Shown here: positions 19,311 through 28,692 of the stretch, one piece after another | Position numbering within the stretch: position 1 is the first letter of the stretch | How the letters are laid out: each line of letters starts with the position of its first letter | NCBI GenBank assembly: GCA_937941575.1 | Contig: CALDHH010000065.1 | Coordinates: forward strand, 1-46,974 | Reading direction: 5' to 3' | From: an uncultured Alphaproteobacteria bacterium | GTDB taxonomy: Bacteria; Pseudomonadota; Alphaproteobacteria; Micavibrionales; CSBR16-224 | DNA length: 46,974 bases | Made by a program: the position numbers and the translations under genes | Notes under the pieces: generated by a model | What the model was told of the DNA's origin: nothing | The model's database searches: none | Seen by the model: only the letters and a program-made list of their open reading frames with translations

Positions 19311-20465
19311 TTAAATTTTAGGGTCTTTATTAGACAATTTTCTATTAGGCTTGTCCGAACTGTCATTGTTATCAGCGACTACAAAACTAGAAGATTTAAT
19401 GGAGGTATCCCGCATTTTCTCTGCATCAAAATAAGCGCTTGCTACCCCCCCAGAAGCATCCTTACTCAATCTATCTAGAGTTTCAAAACCAGAACTTCCA
19501 GGATTGCTTAATTCTTCATCTATTCTATTTTGAATATCTTCCATTTTTTCATCCATAGACAAATAATCTCTTATATTATCAACCGCCATACTAATGGGCA
19601 AAGCCACTATTGCTGCTACTGCAGTTACACCTAGTCCTCCGACAACAGTGTTTGATAAAACCTGTGTTGCCGGTTCACTGGCAACATTTGCTAAGGCTAT
19701 AAAACTAACTGCACTTACTCCTAATGACGCGGCTCCAGTTTTAAGAACTTTATCAAAAGCAGAGTTACTTTGGCTAAACTCCAGTCCTTCACCTTTATCA
19801 ACATCAAGGCTATCAAAAGCAGAATTCTTACTCATATTGATACTGGGGTCAGTTAAAATACTCTTTCTTTCTTCTAAAAGTGTAGTGATTTTTTCTACAG
19901 CTTGATCGTTATTCTCCGGAGCTGTAAAATCACTACTTATTTCCAAAGAGAATGAATTGCTAATCAACTCGTTCTGAGCATGCAGAACCTGAGCATGAAT
20001 TTGTGGCCCCAGCTGCTCTAGATGTTTGTCTTCCAATAATACCAGAACAGATAAATCATTTGCATCATTTACAGGTGAATTCATACCGTATTTATCATTA
20101 ATAGAGTTAATAAATTCTTCAATCTGTATTTCCTTTAGCTTATCAAAGCATGGCTCGACAGCTTCCATCACCTCCTCTTGCCTACTAGAAGAAGCAAACT
20201 TAGTAATGAAAGAGGATAGAGTTGTTGATAGAGCTCCCATTGTTACACTAAGAACAACGGAACTAACACTGGAAGTTGCAACAACACCTGCACCTAATGC
20301 AGCAAGAGGGGCTACCATAGCGGTAACTCCCAATGCCAATGCGGCAACACCAGCCCCAAAGGCAATATTAGATCCTTTATTTGATATTCCTTGTTCTTCA
20401 GCTTTTGTAACGCTAACTCCTGAGGTTAAATCAGGCAGTTCTATATTATTTATAGTATTGTCCAT
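19311..20465 (-). CDS. Hypothetical acidic protein with two long Gly/Ala/Val-rich hydrophobic hairpins
   Basis: 384-aa ORF with AAGGA SD; hydrophobic stretches at about aa 34-87 and aa 243-296; no recognisable catalytic motif. Confidence 0.7.
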   Translation of the reverse strand: MDNTINNIELPDLTSGVSVTKAEEQGISNKGSNIAFGAGVAALALGVTAMVAPLAALGAGVVATSSVSSVVLSVTMGALSTTLSSFITKFASSSRQEEVMEAVEPCFDKLKEIQIEEFINSINDKYGMNSPVNDANDLSVLVLLEDKHLEQLGPQIHAQVLHAQNELISNSFSLEISSDFTAPENNDQAVEKITTLLEERKSILTDPSINMSKNSAFDSLDVDKGEGLEFSQSNSAFDKVLKTGAASLGVSAVSFIALANVASEPATQVLSNTVVGGLGVTAVAAIVALPISMAVDNIRDYLSMDEKMEDIQNRIDEELSNPGSSGFETLDRLSKDASGGVASAYFDAEKMRDTSIKSSSFVVADNNDSSDKPNRKLSNKDPKI

Positions 20466-20493
20466 TTTAAAAATCCTTTTTTTGTATATTAAT

Positions 20494-20823
20494 TTATGTT
20501 TCTAGCTCCGTCTTTGCTCTCTTTACTGTCCTTGCTATGCTTTCTGTAATAACTTGCTCAAAACTCTCTAAACAATTATGGTTATCTTCCATATACTTGA
20601 CCACTTCTTCGCTAGGCTTATTACCCCATCCAGATTTAATTATCTCTCCGTATTCAGAAAGGTCTAAATCAACAAGGTCATTAGAAGAATATAGCTGATT
20701 AAATTTCTCCAACTTATCAGAAAAAACTCTTATATAGGCATAGAACTCTTTTTCTGATCTGTCTTTTCCTTGGACAAGCTTAATAAATTCAAACTCAATA
20801 CCTAATTTCTTATTGTCTTCCAT
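20494..20823 (-). CDS. Small hypothetical protein
   Basis: 109-aa ORF with AAGGT SD. DLSEYGEIIKSGWGNKPSEEV resembles small uncharacterised proteins I recall from alphaproteobacteria (not verified). Confidence 0.7.
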   Translation of the reverse strand: MEDNKKLGIEFEFIKLVQGKDRSEKEFYAYIRVFSDKLEKFNQLYSSNDLVDLDLSEYGEIIKSGWGNKPSEEVVKYMEDNHNCLESFEQVITESIARTVKRAKTELET

Positions 20824-20862
20824 CTTATTACCTTAAAGTATAATTTTTTATATAATGATACG

Positions 20863-20891
20863 ATTATACTATATGAGCATTAATCTGTCAA
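20863..20891 (-). promoter_or_regulatory. Perfect-consensus sigma-70 promoter
   Basis: Minus strand TTGACA (20891-20886), 17 nt spacer, TATAAT (20868-20863), upstream of ATG 20823. Confidence 0.8.
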
Positions 20892-20996
20892 TACTAATCC
20901 AATATACTCAAAGCTCTTATTCTCATTATAGGTTGTAAATATTGTAGTTTTTATTTATATTTCATTGGCGATTTAAAGATGCTGATGAGAGAATTA

Positions 20997-22100
20997 ATGA
21001 TGAGAAATGTTTATATAAATAGCTTTGGTTCTTTCTTGCCCAATGATCCTGTTAATAATGCTGATATGGAAGAATATCTTGGCTTTATTGGCGGTAAAAA
21101 ATCAAAATATAAACCTCTCGTCTTAAGGCAAAATAGGATAAAATATAGGCATTACGCATTGAATAAAGATGGAGAACAACAATATTCAAGCTCCGAAATG
21201 GCAGCGCTTGCAATTAAGCATGCAGTTAATAATTCTGAAATTATATTAAGTGATATATCTTATTTAGGATCCTCCTCAACCCTTGGAGATTGCTTGGTTC
21301 CGGGATTGGCATCACATATTCACGCAGAGCTAAATATTAAGCCAATTGAAATTGCCAATTTTCAAAGCGTCTGCGGTAGCTCAATCATGGCTCTTAAATC
21401 TGGCTATCTCCAGATTGGATCAGAAGAGCATGATTACGCTGCAATTAGCGGTTGTGAATTTGCCAGTAGATATTTTAGACCTGGCTTTTACGAAGATAGT
21501 AATGAATTTTTGGAAAATGGAGAAATTGATATAAACGCAGATTTCCTCCGTTTTACATTATCCGATGGTGCAGGAGCTTGCATTTTAGAGAGTAAACCAA
21601 ATACCCATTCCAGATCTTTAAAAATTAACTGGATTGATATTAAATCATATGCGGATCGTTTTGATACTTGCATGTCAGCTGGTGAGGGCTGGAGTAATCA
21701 GGCAAGCACAATGGATGCAGTTAAAAATGGTAGTTTAATTTTAAAACAAGATTTTAGCCTATTAAAAGAAATGATCCCAGTTTGGGTTTCACATTATCTT
21801 GACTTAATTGATCAGGATAAGATTAATGTCGATGAAATTAAATATTTTTGTAGCCATTACTCCGCTCATTCTTTAAAAGAAGAAGCAATAAATGTTTTAA
21901 AAACCACAGGTTCAATGATTACTGAAGATAAATGGTTTAGTAATCTATACAGCAAAGGCAATACAGGAACTGCATCAATTTTTATAATATTAGAAGAGCT
22001 TTATAATAGTAAAGAATTGAATATTGGTGATAAAATTCTATGTCATGTTCCAGAGAGTGGCAGATGTTTAAACGGATTAATGATGTTAGAGGTAGTATAG
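20997..22100 (+). CDS. KAS III-type beta-ketosynthase, StlD/DarB-like
   Basis: FLPNDPV..MEEYLG, RHYAL, SVCGSS (Cys), DFLRFTLSDGAGA, CSHYS (His), KGNTGTASI (Asn), VPESGR. Start is 20997 or 21000. Confidence 0.85.
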   Translation: MMRNVYINSFGSFLPNDPVNNADMEEYLGFIGGKKSKYKPLVLRQNRIKYRHYALNKDGEQQYSSSEMAALAIKHAVNNSEIILSDISYLGSSSTLGDCLVPGLASHIHAELNIKPIEIANFQSVCGSSIMALKSGYLQIGSEEHDYAAISGCEFASRYFRPGFYEDSNEFLENGEIDINADFLRFTLSDGAGACILESKPNTHSRSLKINWIDIKSYADRFDTCMSAGEGWSNQASTMDAVKNGSLILKQDFSLLKEMIPVWVSHYLDLIDQDKINVDEIKYFCSHYSAHSLKEEAINVLKTTGSMITEDKWFSNLYSKGNTGTASIFIILEELYNSKELNIGDKILCHVPESGRCLNGLMMLEVV

Positions 22101-22102
22101 AG

Positions 22103-22771
22103 ATGAATAATAGTAAAGAAGTAATGCGCAGCTTAATTAAAATATGGACAGATTTTGATACTAGCTTAAATAAAGTTCCAATTTTAGATAAATTAAACAG
22201 AAAAAAATTCAGAACTGATGATTATAAATTATTATTAATCAATCAACGTCAACAAGTTGTAGAAGGCTCCAGATGGATTGCCAGAGCAGCATCTAGTATT
22301 GATAGAAATTACCTAGAGCAAAGATCCATATTTATGAAACATGCCATCACAGAGCATAAAGATTATAAAATGCTTGAGAATAACTATGTTTCAATCGGTG
22401 GAGAGCTATCTGATATTCAAAATGCAGAGAAAAATATTGGCTCTGAAGCACTGCATGCATTCATGTATCAGAGAGCAAGTGAGACCAATCCATTTGATCT
22501 ATTAGGTGCAATGTTCATTATTGAAGGATTAGGAGAAAGAAAAGCAATTAAATGGGGTGAGGCCATAAAGAAACAGCTAGACCTGAGCGAGAAACAAGTT
22601 AGTTTTTTAATCTATCATGGTGAGAATGACGAAGATCATATGCGAGAATTTGAAGAAACCCTAAATTCAGGAATATTAGAAATTCCAGATATGGGAAAAA
22701 GAATAGTAAAAACAGCTAAAATAGTTGCAAGACTATATCAATTGCAATTAGAGGAAATCGGCAATGTCTAA
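22103..22771 (+). CDS. Heme-oxygenase-like diiron oxidase (iron-containing redox enzyme, PqqC/CADD-like fold)
   Basis: Appears all-helical; candidate metal ligands in QVVEGS, HAITEHKDY, FIIEGLG and YHGENDEDH (HxxxDxxH). ATG lies 2 nt after the ketosynthase stop. Confidence 0.8.
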   Translation: MNNSKEVMRSLIKIWTDFDTSLNKVPILDKLNRKKFRTDDYKLLLINQRQQVVEGSRWIARAASSIDRNYLEQRSIFMKHAITEHKDYKMLENNYVSIGGELSDIQNAEKNIGSEALHAFMYQRASETNPFDLLGAMFIIEGLGERKAIKWGEAIKKQLDLSEKQVSFLIYHGENDEDHMREFEETLNSGILEIPDMGKRIVKTAKIVARLYQLQLEEIGNV

Positions 22772-23666
22772 AAAAGCCGCCAAAGGTAAGAAATTTGTAG
22801 CAGCCCATAACCAAAATGATCCGGATCCATGGGAAGCATTATTACTTGATAAATCAACATTTATATCTATAGAAGCCAAAGCAGCTTTGATGAGAAATAA
22901 TGGAAGCAGATCTAGACAATATTTATTACCAATCGTTAGATTTCTCGCAAGATTATCTATTATACTAGTACAATTATTACGAATAATAATTCCTAATAAG
23001 ATGACTTCATCCAAGATATTGCACGGGCTTATCTGTTGGGGAGTTAAGAATTTTGTCAGCCCAGATGCTGCATATCTAATATTAAGGCATTTCAATATTG
23101 GTACTCAGATTTTAACATTTTTAAATAAAAACATTGCTGATGGAGAACTTCCATCTGTCCCTCTAAATCCTTGTAATATTTCAGATTTAGGTGGCAATAC
23201 TTTTGTTCAGCATGATTTGAATTTATATAATTTTATCATTTCATTGAATCATTACTTAGAAGAAAATAATAAAGATATCATCTCAATTCCTTTTGATAAA
23301 ATTGACTTTTCAATGATTAAAGACTTTGATGATCAGTTAGAAGAATTACCAAATAAATGGCATAATTTCATAGACCTTCAAACTGCCATTGAATTATACA
23401 CTCCATTATTTGGCCTATTTTTATCTGATAAAGATTTCTGGCGTGCAAGTAATTCATTACAGCTTGATGAAACAATGGCAATCTATGTCGCAAAACTATT
23501 AAAACAAGATTTTATATTATCAATAGTCAGCAATAAACACCCAATGGTACCATTAGCCACTTTAGAATCTGGCTTTAGATTAATGCTACACGGTGTAGAT
23601 GCTGAGAATCTTTATGGTTTCATTAAATATATCAGAGATAATGGGGATGATTTTAAGGCTTTGTAA
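22764..23666 (+). CDS. Conserved hypothetical protein (DUF6999-like)
   Basis: DPDPWEALLLD, SRSRQYLLP, LILRHFNIG, FVQHDLNLYNF, RASNSLQLDET, NKHP, RLMLHG..E. Overlaps the upstream gene by 8 nt. The DUF name is from recall. Confidence 0.65.
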   Translation: MSKKAAKGKKFVAAHNQNDPDPWEALLLDKSTFISIEAKAALMRNNGSRSRQYLLPIVRFLARLSIILVQLLRIIIPNKMTSSKILHGLICWGVKNFVSPDAAYLILRHFNIGTQILTFLNKNIADGELPSVPLNPCNISDLGGNTFVQHDLNLYNFIISLNHYLEENNKDIISIPFDKIDFSMIKDFDDQLEELPNKWHNFIDLQTAIELYTPLFGLFLSDKDFWRASNSLQLDETMAIYVAKLLKQDFILSIVSNKHPMVPLATLESGFRLMLHGVDAENLYGFIKYIRDNGDDFKAL

Positions 23667-23718
23667 AGGGTATGAAATAATCATTTATTATAAAATAATT
23701 ATTTATTACATCATCTTA

Positions 23719-24289
23719 TTACTCCAAACATTTAGGCATCTCATCAATCGTAAATAGCAAAGGCAGGTCTCGCTCATGATATGTCGTGTGGTATGGAACC
23801 CAACTTGATCCATTATCAGTACTCCATTCAGCACGAACATCTTCCCATTCGAGGTTGTTTTGAACTGTACGTATAAGCCTCCAGGAACTTTGAAAAGGAA
23901 GCATTTACATTAAAATCTGCTCCTGCTGTTGCAGAGAATTCCATATAATATGTTTTAACCAACTGAAAGAGTAACCTTTGTACTAAGATCATTATATTGC
24001 CAGACTCTAGACTGCTTATCCCTCTAATTATTCCACAATTACCTACATGATAGCAACAACTTCAGTTAATAGAGGGGCATCTAGTATTACCCAAACCATA
24101 GGCAACACATGTGCAATAGGGGAAACCTTGAACTCCTCTGTCACATCTGCTTTTTATATCAGCTGGATAGCTCATATATCTATTCCTCCAAGATACGGGA
24201 TCAATCCCAAACCTTATAGAGCGCTCTCTTGCCACAGGACCCTTACTGACCCACCACTGCTGGAGAAAAAAATTAATATAGACAAACAA
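23719..24289 (-). pseudogene. Probable fragmented gene for an extracellular protein
   Basis: Short same-strand fragments in different frames: Cys-rich RCDRGVQGFPYCTC, VKTYYMEFSATAGADFNVNASF, and Asp-box-like WSTDNGSSW. Composition looks coding and less AT-rich than the local intergenic DNA. Confidence 0.45.
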
Positions 24290-24359
24290 AAAATATATTT
24301 TTATACATAGATCATTACTATTTCATCATTTAATTAAAGTTAAATCATAAATTACAAAT

Positions 24360-25964
24360 TTAATTCTCAGATATTTTTGTCAAAAATCCAGCATAAGAAC
24401 CTGCCTTTGAGCTATCATATGCATTAAGGAGATCAAAATTATTTGATTGTGTTTGTCCACCTATAAACACATCTCCATTAGTTGCAACGGCAAGTGCTCT
24501 TGCTTGGTCATCACTGCTACCACCAATATAGCTGGAATATAGCACTTCTGAAAGATTAAGATCAAACTTAGCAATAAAACCGTCTGACCCACCACCCATA
24601 ACACCAAATGTTGTAACATCCGTAGGATTCAAATTACCTGATCTTGTTGTTCCTGTAACGTATATACCGTCTCCAGATAGAAACAGGCCTTCAATCTCAT
24701 CTCCGCCACTTCCACCAAAATAGGTTGAAGCTAATAATCTTCTTCCATCAGCCGAAATCTTCGCGATAAAGCCATCATTACTTCCTCCAGAACTTGGTTG
24801 AGCACTAGAAGAATTAGTTTGTAAGTTATTTCCAAATGTTCTACCTGAGATAATAAAATTACCTGCTGAATCAACTGCTAATTGATGAGTTTCCATGTCC
24901 TCATTTAAAGAACTACCAAAAAACGTAGCGGCTTTAACAGTCCTACCATTTGTTGCGCCATCTAATTTAATTACATAGGCATCAGTTCCACCTCTCACAG
25001 TAGGTTGGTAAGCACCGTTAGTTACTGGAAGGCCCCTACCTCCTGCAAACAGCCCTATATTTATATCTCCGCTACTATCCACAATAATAGATGGGTTCGA
25101 TCCATTAGGGGCACTTCCATCACCATCAATATAAGTACCATATAGTAACGAAGCTCCATTACCAGATAGCTGTGAATAGACTACATCAGCGGTGCCATTA
25201 AAGGTTGCGCCTGTGGTTACAGCTTGACCGGCTCTAAGCCTTACATTAGCTTGCGCAATATGAATTACACCACTTGAATCAACATCTATATCACGGATAA
25301 ATCCACCATCTCCACCACCAAAATAAGTTGCCCAATCTAGTCTTCCTGAGCTTCCGGAAAGCCTAGCAACAAAACCATCTTGATGTCCATATCCTGGATT
25401 CCTTGTTGCAGTAGTATCTCCTCCAAAATTTCTCTGATACACACCAGCTGTAGTACCGAACCCATCACCAGCACGACCAGCAACAAAAACATTACCACTA
25501 CCATCAACCTCTATAGCATAGGCACGATCATAGTTTCTACTGCCTAAGCGGGTAGACCATAACAAAACTCCATTTGGATCATATTTGCTAACAAACACAT
25601 CTGTATCGGGATAAGTTCCTCTACTAGAGCCACCACTATTTAATTTGTAATCATTTGCAGCTGGGATAATAGGGAATCCAGATGTAGCGGATGTACCACC
25701 AGTAACATATGAGTTCCCTTGCCCATCAACCGCAATATCTCTAACTTGCTCCCATTGGGTTGAGTTCCCATCTACAAAAGTAGAGAAGTCAAGGTTATAT
25801 TCTGTGACCTCTGGTAACTCTGGCGTGCTTGGCAAAGTTGCTATATTATTACAGGCCGAAGAAGGTACATTAGGAGGCGTAGTACTACAAAATGCAGTTT
25901 TACAACCGAGTAACATCATAATCATCACAAAAAATACTATTGTTTTGCTTCGTTTTGCGTGCAT
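24360..25964 (-). CDS. Secreted or lipoprotein beta-propeller protein with SBBP-type repeats
   Basis: Seven repeats resembling IAVDxxGNxYVTGxT...DxFVxKx...xTYxGG; N-terminal hydrophobic signal with LLGC lipobox-like motif. Confidence 0.85.
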   Translation of the reverse strand: MHAKRSKTIVFFVMIMMLLGCKTAFCSTTPPNVPSSACNNIATLPSTPELPEVTEYNLDFSTFVDGNSTQWEQVRDIAVDGQGNSYVTGGTSATSGFPIIPAANDYKLNSGGSSRGTYPDTDVFVSKYDPNGVLLWSTRLGSRNYDRAYAIEVDGSGNVFVAGRAGDGFGTTAGVYQRNFGGDTTATRNPGYGHQDGFVARLSGSSGRLDWATYFGGGDGGFIRDIDVDSSGVIHIAQANVRLRAGQAVTTGATFNGTADVVYSQLSGNGASLLYGTYIDGDGSAPNGSNPSIIVDSSGDINIGLFAGGRGLPVTNGAYQPTVRGGTDAYVIKLDGATNGRTVKAATFFGSSLNEDMETHQLAVDSAGNFIISGRTFGNNLQTNSSSAQPSSGGSNDGFIAKISADGRRLLASTYFGGSGGDEIEGLFLSGDGIYVTGTTRSGNLNPTDVTTFGVMGGGSDGFIAKFDLNLSEVLYSSYIGGSSDDQARALAVATNGDVFIGGQTQSNNFDLLNAYDSSKAGSYAGFLTKISEN

Positions 25965-26062
25965 ATTAGAACGTCTTTCGTAAATAAATTAAATAAATTA
26001 AATTATCTTATAATTATAAACTATTTTTTTAGTTTTGCCAAATTCAATTTAAAGTTACTGTA

Positions 26063-27577
26063 TCAAAATTCAAATTTCTTCCTATGTTTAGCCTCCTCTT
26101 GACTGGCATAGTCGCCACCAGTTTGTAAAATCTTTATAACATCTTTTAATCTTTCTTCTTGGGCATTATCTTTATACTCATCATAAGCAAAGATTAATGA
26201 ACCACCAAGTAAAGCCCAGCATAGAGTAGCAGATATATTTTTCACTCTATTATTAGCCTGCGCTAAAATACCACATTTTTCTTTAGCTTCATCTTTTTGC
26301 ATATCTGCACTATCTCTTTCCTTAAATAATCTATCAATCAGCTTATTGCTGTCACTAATTGCACGACTATACTCTTTCTCATATTCAGCCCTAAGTTCTA
26401 TTTTTAAGTTCTTAGATATCTCGAAAGTTGAATTCCTAATTGCAGTTTCTAACTCATCTACTAATTCTTTATAATGTCCACTATCTTTACTAGAAACCTT
26501 AGAGGCATTTTCACAAGCTCGTTCAAATGCTTCTTCTTTTGTAAGCCTCATTACTCCTGAATAATAACTAGCAAGGTTATCTACACTACCAATATTTTCG
26601 ACTATCTTTACAAGTTTTTTACTATGCTCTTCTAATGAAGATAATTGACCTTGTAACTCTTCTGCTCTTTTGGATGAAACAGCATTTTCACATTCTGCTG
26701 CCATGGATTTATCTAATTCTATTCTAGATTCTTCAAGCTGTTTAAATAATTGTTTTAATAATGTGCCATCTTTATCATCAATTCTATATTTTGATGCTTC
26801 TAAATATTTTGAGAATCCTATAACAGCCTCTTCTATTTCTGTAATTTGGGAAGAAAATCTACTGCTATGCTCATTAATAACACTATTCTGAGCTTTTAAT
26901 AATGCTTTATTTTCTTTGCTTTGCTCATATCTTTCAGTATTTGTGTCATAACCGATTACTTTTAAAACTTTATCAATTACTCTTTCTTTTAATTTCTTAC
27001 CTTTATTAGAATCGCTACCTAAAAACTTGCTATATTCTGTATTTAAAGCATCACTATATAAACTATCTGTAATTATCTGACTATTATTAGCAACCAAACT
27101 GGTCTTCTTTAAAAAATCTTCTATTAACTGCCTATGGCTATTCAAATTTTCAAAAAATTCTAATGAATCATCCATGTCAAGATTAGAGTATTGTTGGATT
27201 TTAACTATAGTTCTTAAACGTTCAACTTCTTCAACTAGCAACCCTTCTGCTTCTTTTAGATCTTCATTCGCCTGTAATAACTGTTCAACCTGTTCTTCAT
27301 CAATACCGCTATCAGAAGAGCTTGATATTTGTTCAAGCAAATAACTATAAGTAATAAAATTTTCTTTTCCTGTTAACTCTTCATAAGTCTTATTAATATC
27401 TTTTATTGTTCCATTAAGGCTTTTAAAAGCATTTATTCTTTCTTCAGGATTATCTGTATCTAGCATCCTAAATACTTTATCAAATTTACCTAAACGGTTT
27501 TCTAGGAATTTGTTAAGCTCTGCTCTACGTTCTTCGCTAAGCTCTGGAATATTAGAGTTTTCTTCTTGATCAGACAT
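26063..27577 (-). CDS. Hypothetical coiled-coil protein with a C-terminal transmembrane segment
   Basis: E/K/L-rich heptad-like sequence; TM ISATLCWALLGGSLIFAY; strong SD AAGGAGA; starts 23 nt after the vWA gene stop. Confidence 0.75.
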   Translation of the reverse strand: MSDQEENSNIPELSEERRAELNKFLENRLGKFDKVFRMLDTDNPEERINAFKSLNGTIKDINKTYEELTGKENFITYSYLLEQISSSSDSGIDEEQVEQLLQANEDLKEAEGLLVEEVERLRTIVKIQQYSNLDMDDSLEFFENLNSHRQLIEDFLKKTSLVANNSQIITDSLYSDALNTEYSKFLGSDSNKGKKLKERVIDKVLKVIGYDTNTERYEQSKENKALLKAQNSVINEHSSRFSSQITEIEEAVIGFSKYLEASKYRIDDKDGTLLKQLFKQLEESRIELDKSMAAECENAVSSKRAEELQGQLSSLEEHSKKLVKIVENIGSVDNLASYYSGVMRLTKEEAFERACENASKVSSKDSGHYKELVDELETAIRNSTFEISKNLKIELRAEYEKEYSRAISDSNKLIDRLFKERDSADMQKDEAKEKCGILAQANNRVKNISATLCWALLGGSLIFAYDEYKDNAQEERLKDVIKILQTGGDYASQEEAKHRKKFEF

Positions 27578-27600
27578 ATAAATATCTCCTTAATTAACCA

Positions 27601-28434
27601 CTATTTTGAAAGAGATACATTATTATTACGAGCATCTGTTAATTTTAACTGCTTCGTAATTGCTAATGCAGCTTTACTACTACTTGCAAGCTTTTTAAGT
27701 GCTTTATCACCACCACTAGTATAAGTAGCAACAGCAGTACATAGATCTTGTAGCTTCATATCTGAGCCAAAGCTTTCAAAAGCACCGCCAGTAATTTTGG
27801 CAAACATTTCATATATTTTTGCACCATTCGCTGCATCATCACCAGTTTTAGTATCTTCGTGGAATGCAAAAACCTTAATTCCTGCTGCTCTTAACTGATG
27901 AGCTGCTTGTAATACAACTCTTTCATTCTCTTCACAACAATCTCCAATCATAATTATATTTTTAGGCTTATGCCCTTTTGGATCATTTAAGATTTTTTGA
28001 ACAGATTCATATATTTGTGTATGCCCCATTTGGCAAGACACAGCTGACATTTTACCTATAATATCTTCCGGGTTATTACTCCAACCTAAATCAGAGACTT
28101 CCAAACCGCCAAAATACACAACCCGAGCAGATAAGGAATCGCCGGCATCATGGACTGTTGTAAACATGTCATTTTGAATTCTTGTAGCCTCATCCCAAGT
28201 CTTAGATCTACTAGCCGTTGCATCAATTATATATGCAAGATGGCCAATATCACCTTGTTCGTTTTGAGATTTTTTTAATATATCCATAGTTTTATTGTCA
28301 ATGGCAGACCCCGCAATTGAGCTTTCTAATCTTCTGCCTAAATCTGTTTTATTCTTACTGGCCGGAAGACTAAGGCCTTTATTATTACTATTATTCTTCT
28401 TACCACCAGTCGTGACTAGGTCCTTTATTGACAT
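27601..28434 (-). CDS. von Willebrand factor A (vWA) domain protein
   Basis: MIDAS-like YIIDATASR, GHTQI, IMIGDCCEE, FAKITGGAF; SD TAAGGAGA. Confidence 0.85.
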   Translation of the reverse strand: MSIKDLVTTGGKKNNSNNKGLSLPASKNKTDLGRRLESSIAGSAIDNKTMDILKKSQNEQGDIGHLAYIIDATASRSKTWDEATRIQNDMFTTVHDAGDSLSARVVYFGGLEVSDLGWSNNPEDIIGKMSAVSCQMGHTQIYESVQKILNDPKGHKPKNIIMIGDCCEENERVVLQAAHQLRAAGIKVFAFHEDTKTGDDAANGAKIYEMFAKITGGAFESFGSDMKLQDLCTAVATYTSGGDKALKKLASSSKAALAITKQLKLTDARNNNVSLSK

Positions 28435-28489
28435 TAATTATCTCCTTAAAAATACTATAAACTAAAAATAAAATATACATAATCACAAA

Positions 28490-28518
28490 ATTATACAGTT
28501 AAAATAATTTCTTGTCAA
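28490..28518 (-). promoter_or_regulatory. Perfect-consensus sigma-70 promoter
   Basis: Minus strand TTGACA (28518-28513), 17 nt spacer, TATAAT (28495-28490), upstream of ATG 28434. Confidence 0.8.
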
Positions 28519-28692
28519 GTTGAGTAGATTTAAAAACAGACGATCTTATTTACAAGTTATATTCCAACTAATTCAAATAGATATATGAATTTTATTAGTT
28601 TTTTATTTAAAAGGCTGGAAATATTATAGAAGATAACTATATTATAATGATAAGGTCTTGCTAGTCTGTTCATATTCTATAGAAGAAATCTC

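Noticed and set aside
19751-19823. 13-bp direct repeat TATCAAAAGCAGA, 60 bp apart
   Set aside because: Only two copies, inside a CDS (both encode SAFD); not a CRISPR or mobile-element repeat.
20997-23666. Calling the ketosynthase operon a dialkylresorcinol (darABC) cluster
   Set aside because: No DarA-like aromatase or ACP is adjacent; only the ketosynthase resembles DarB.
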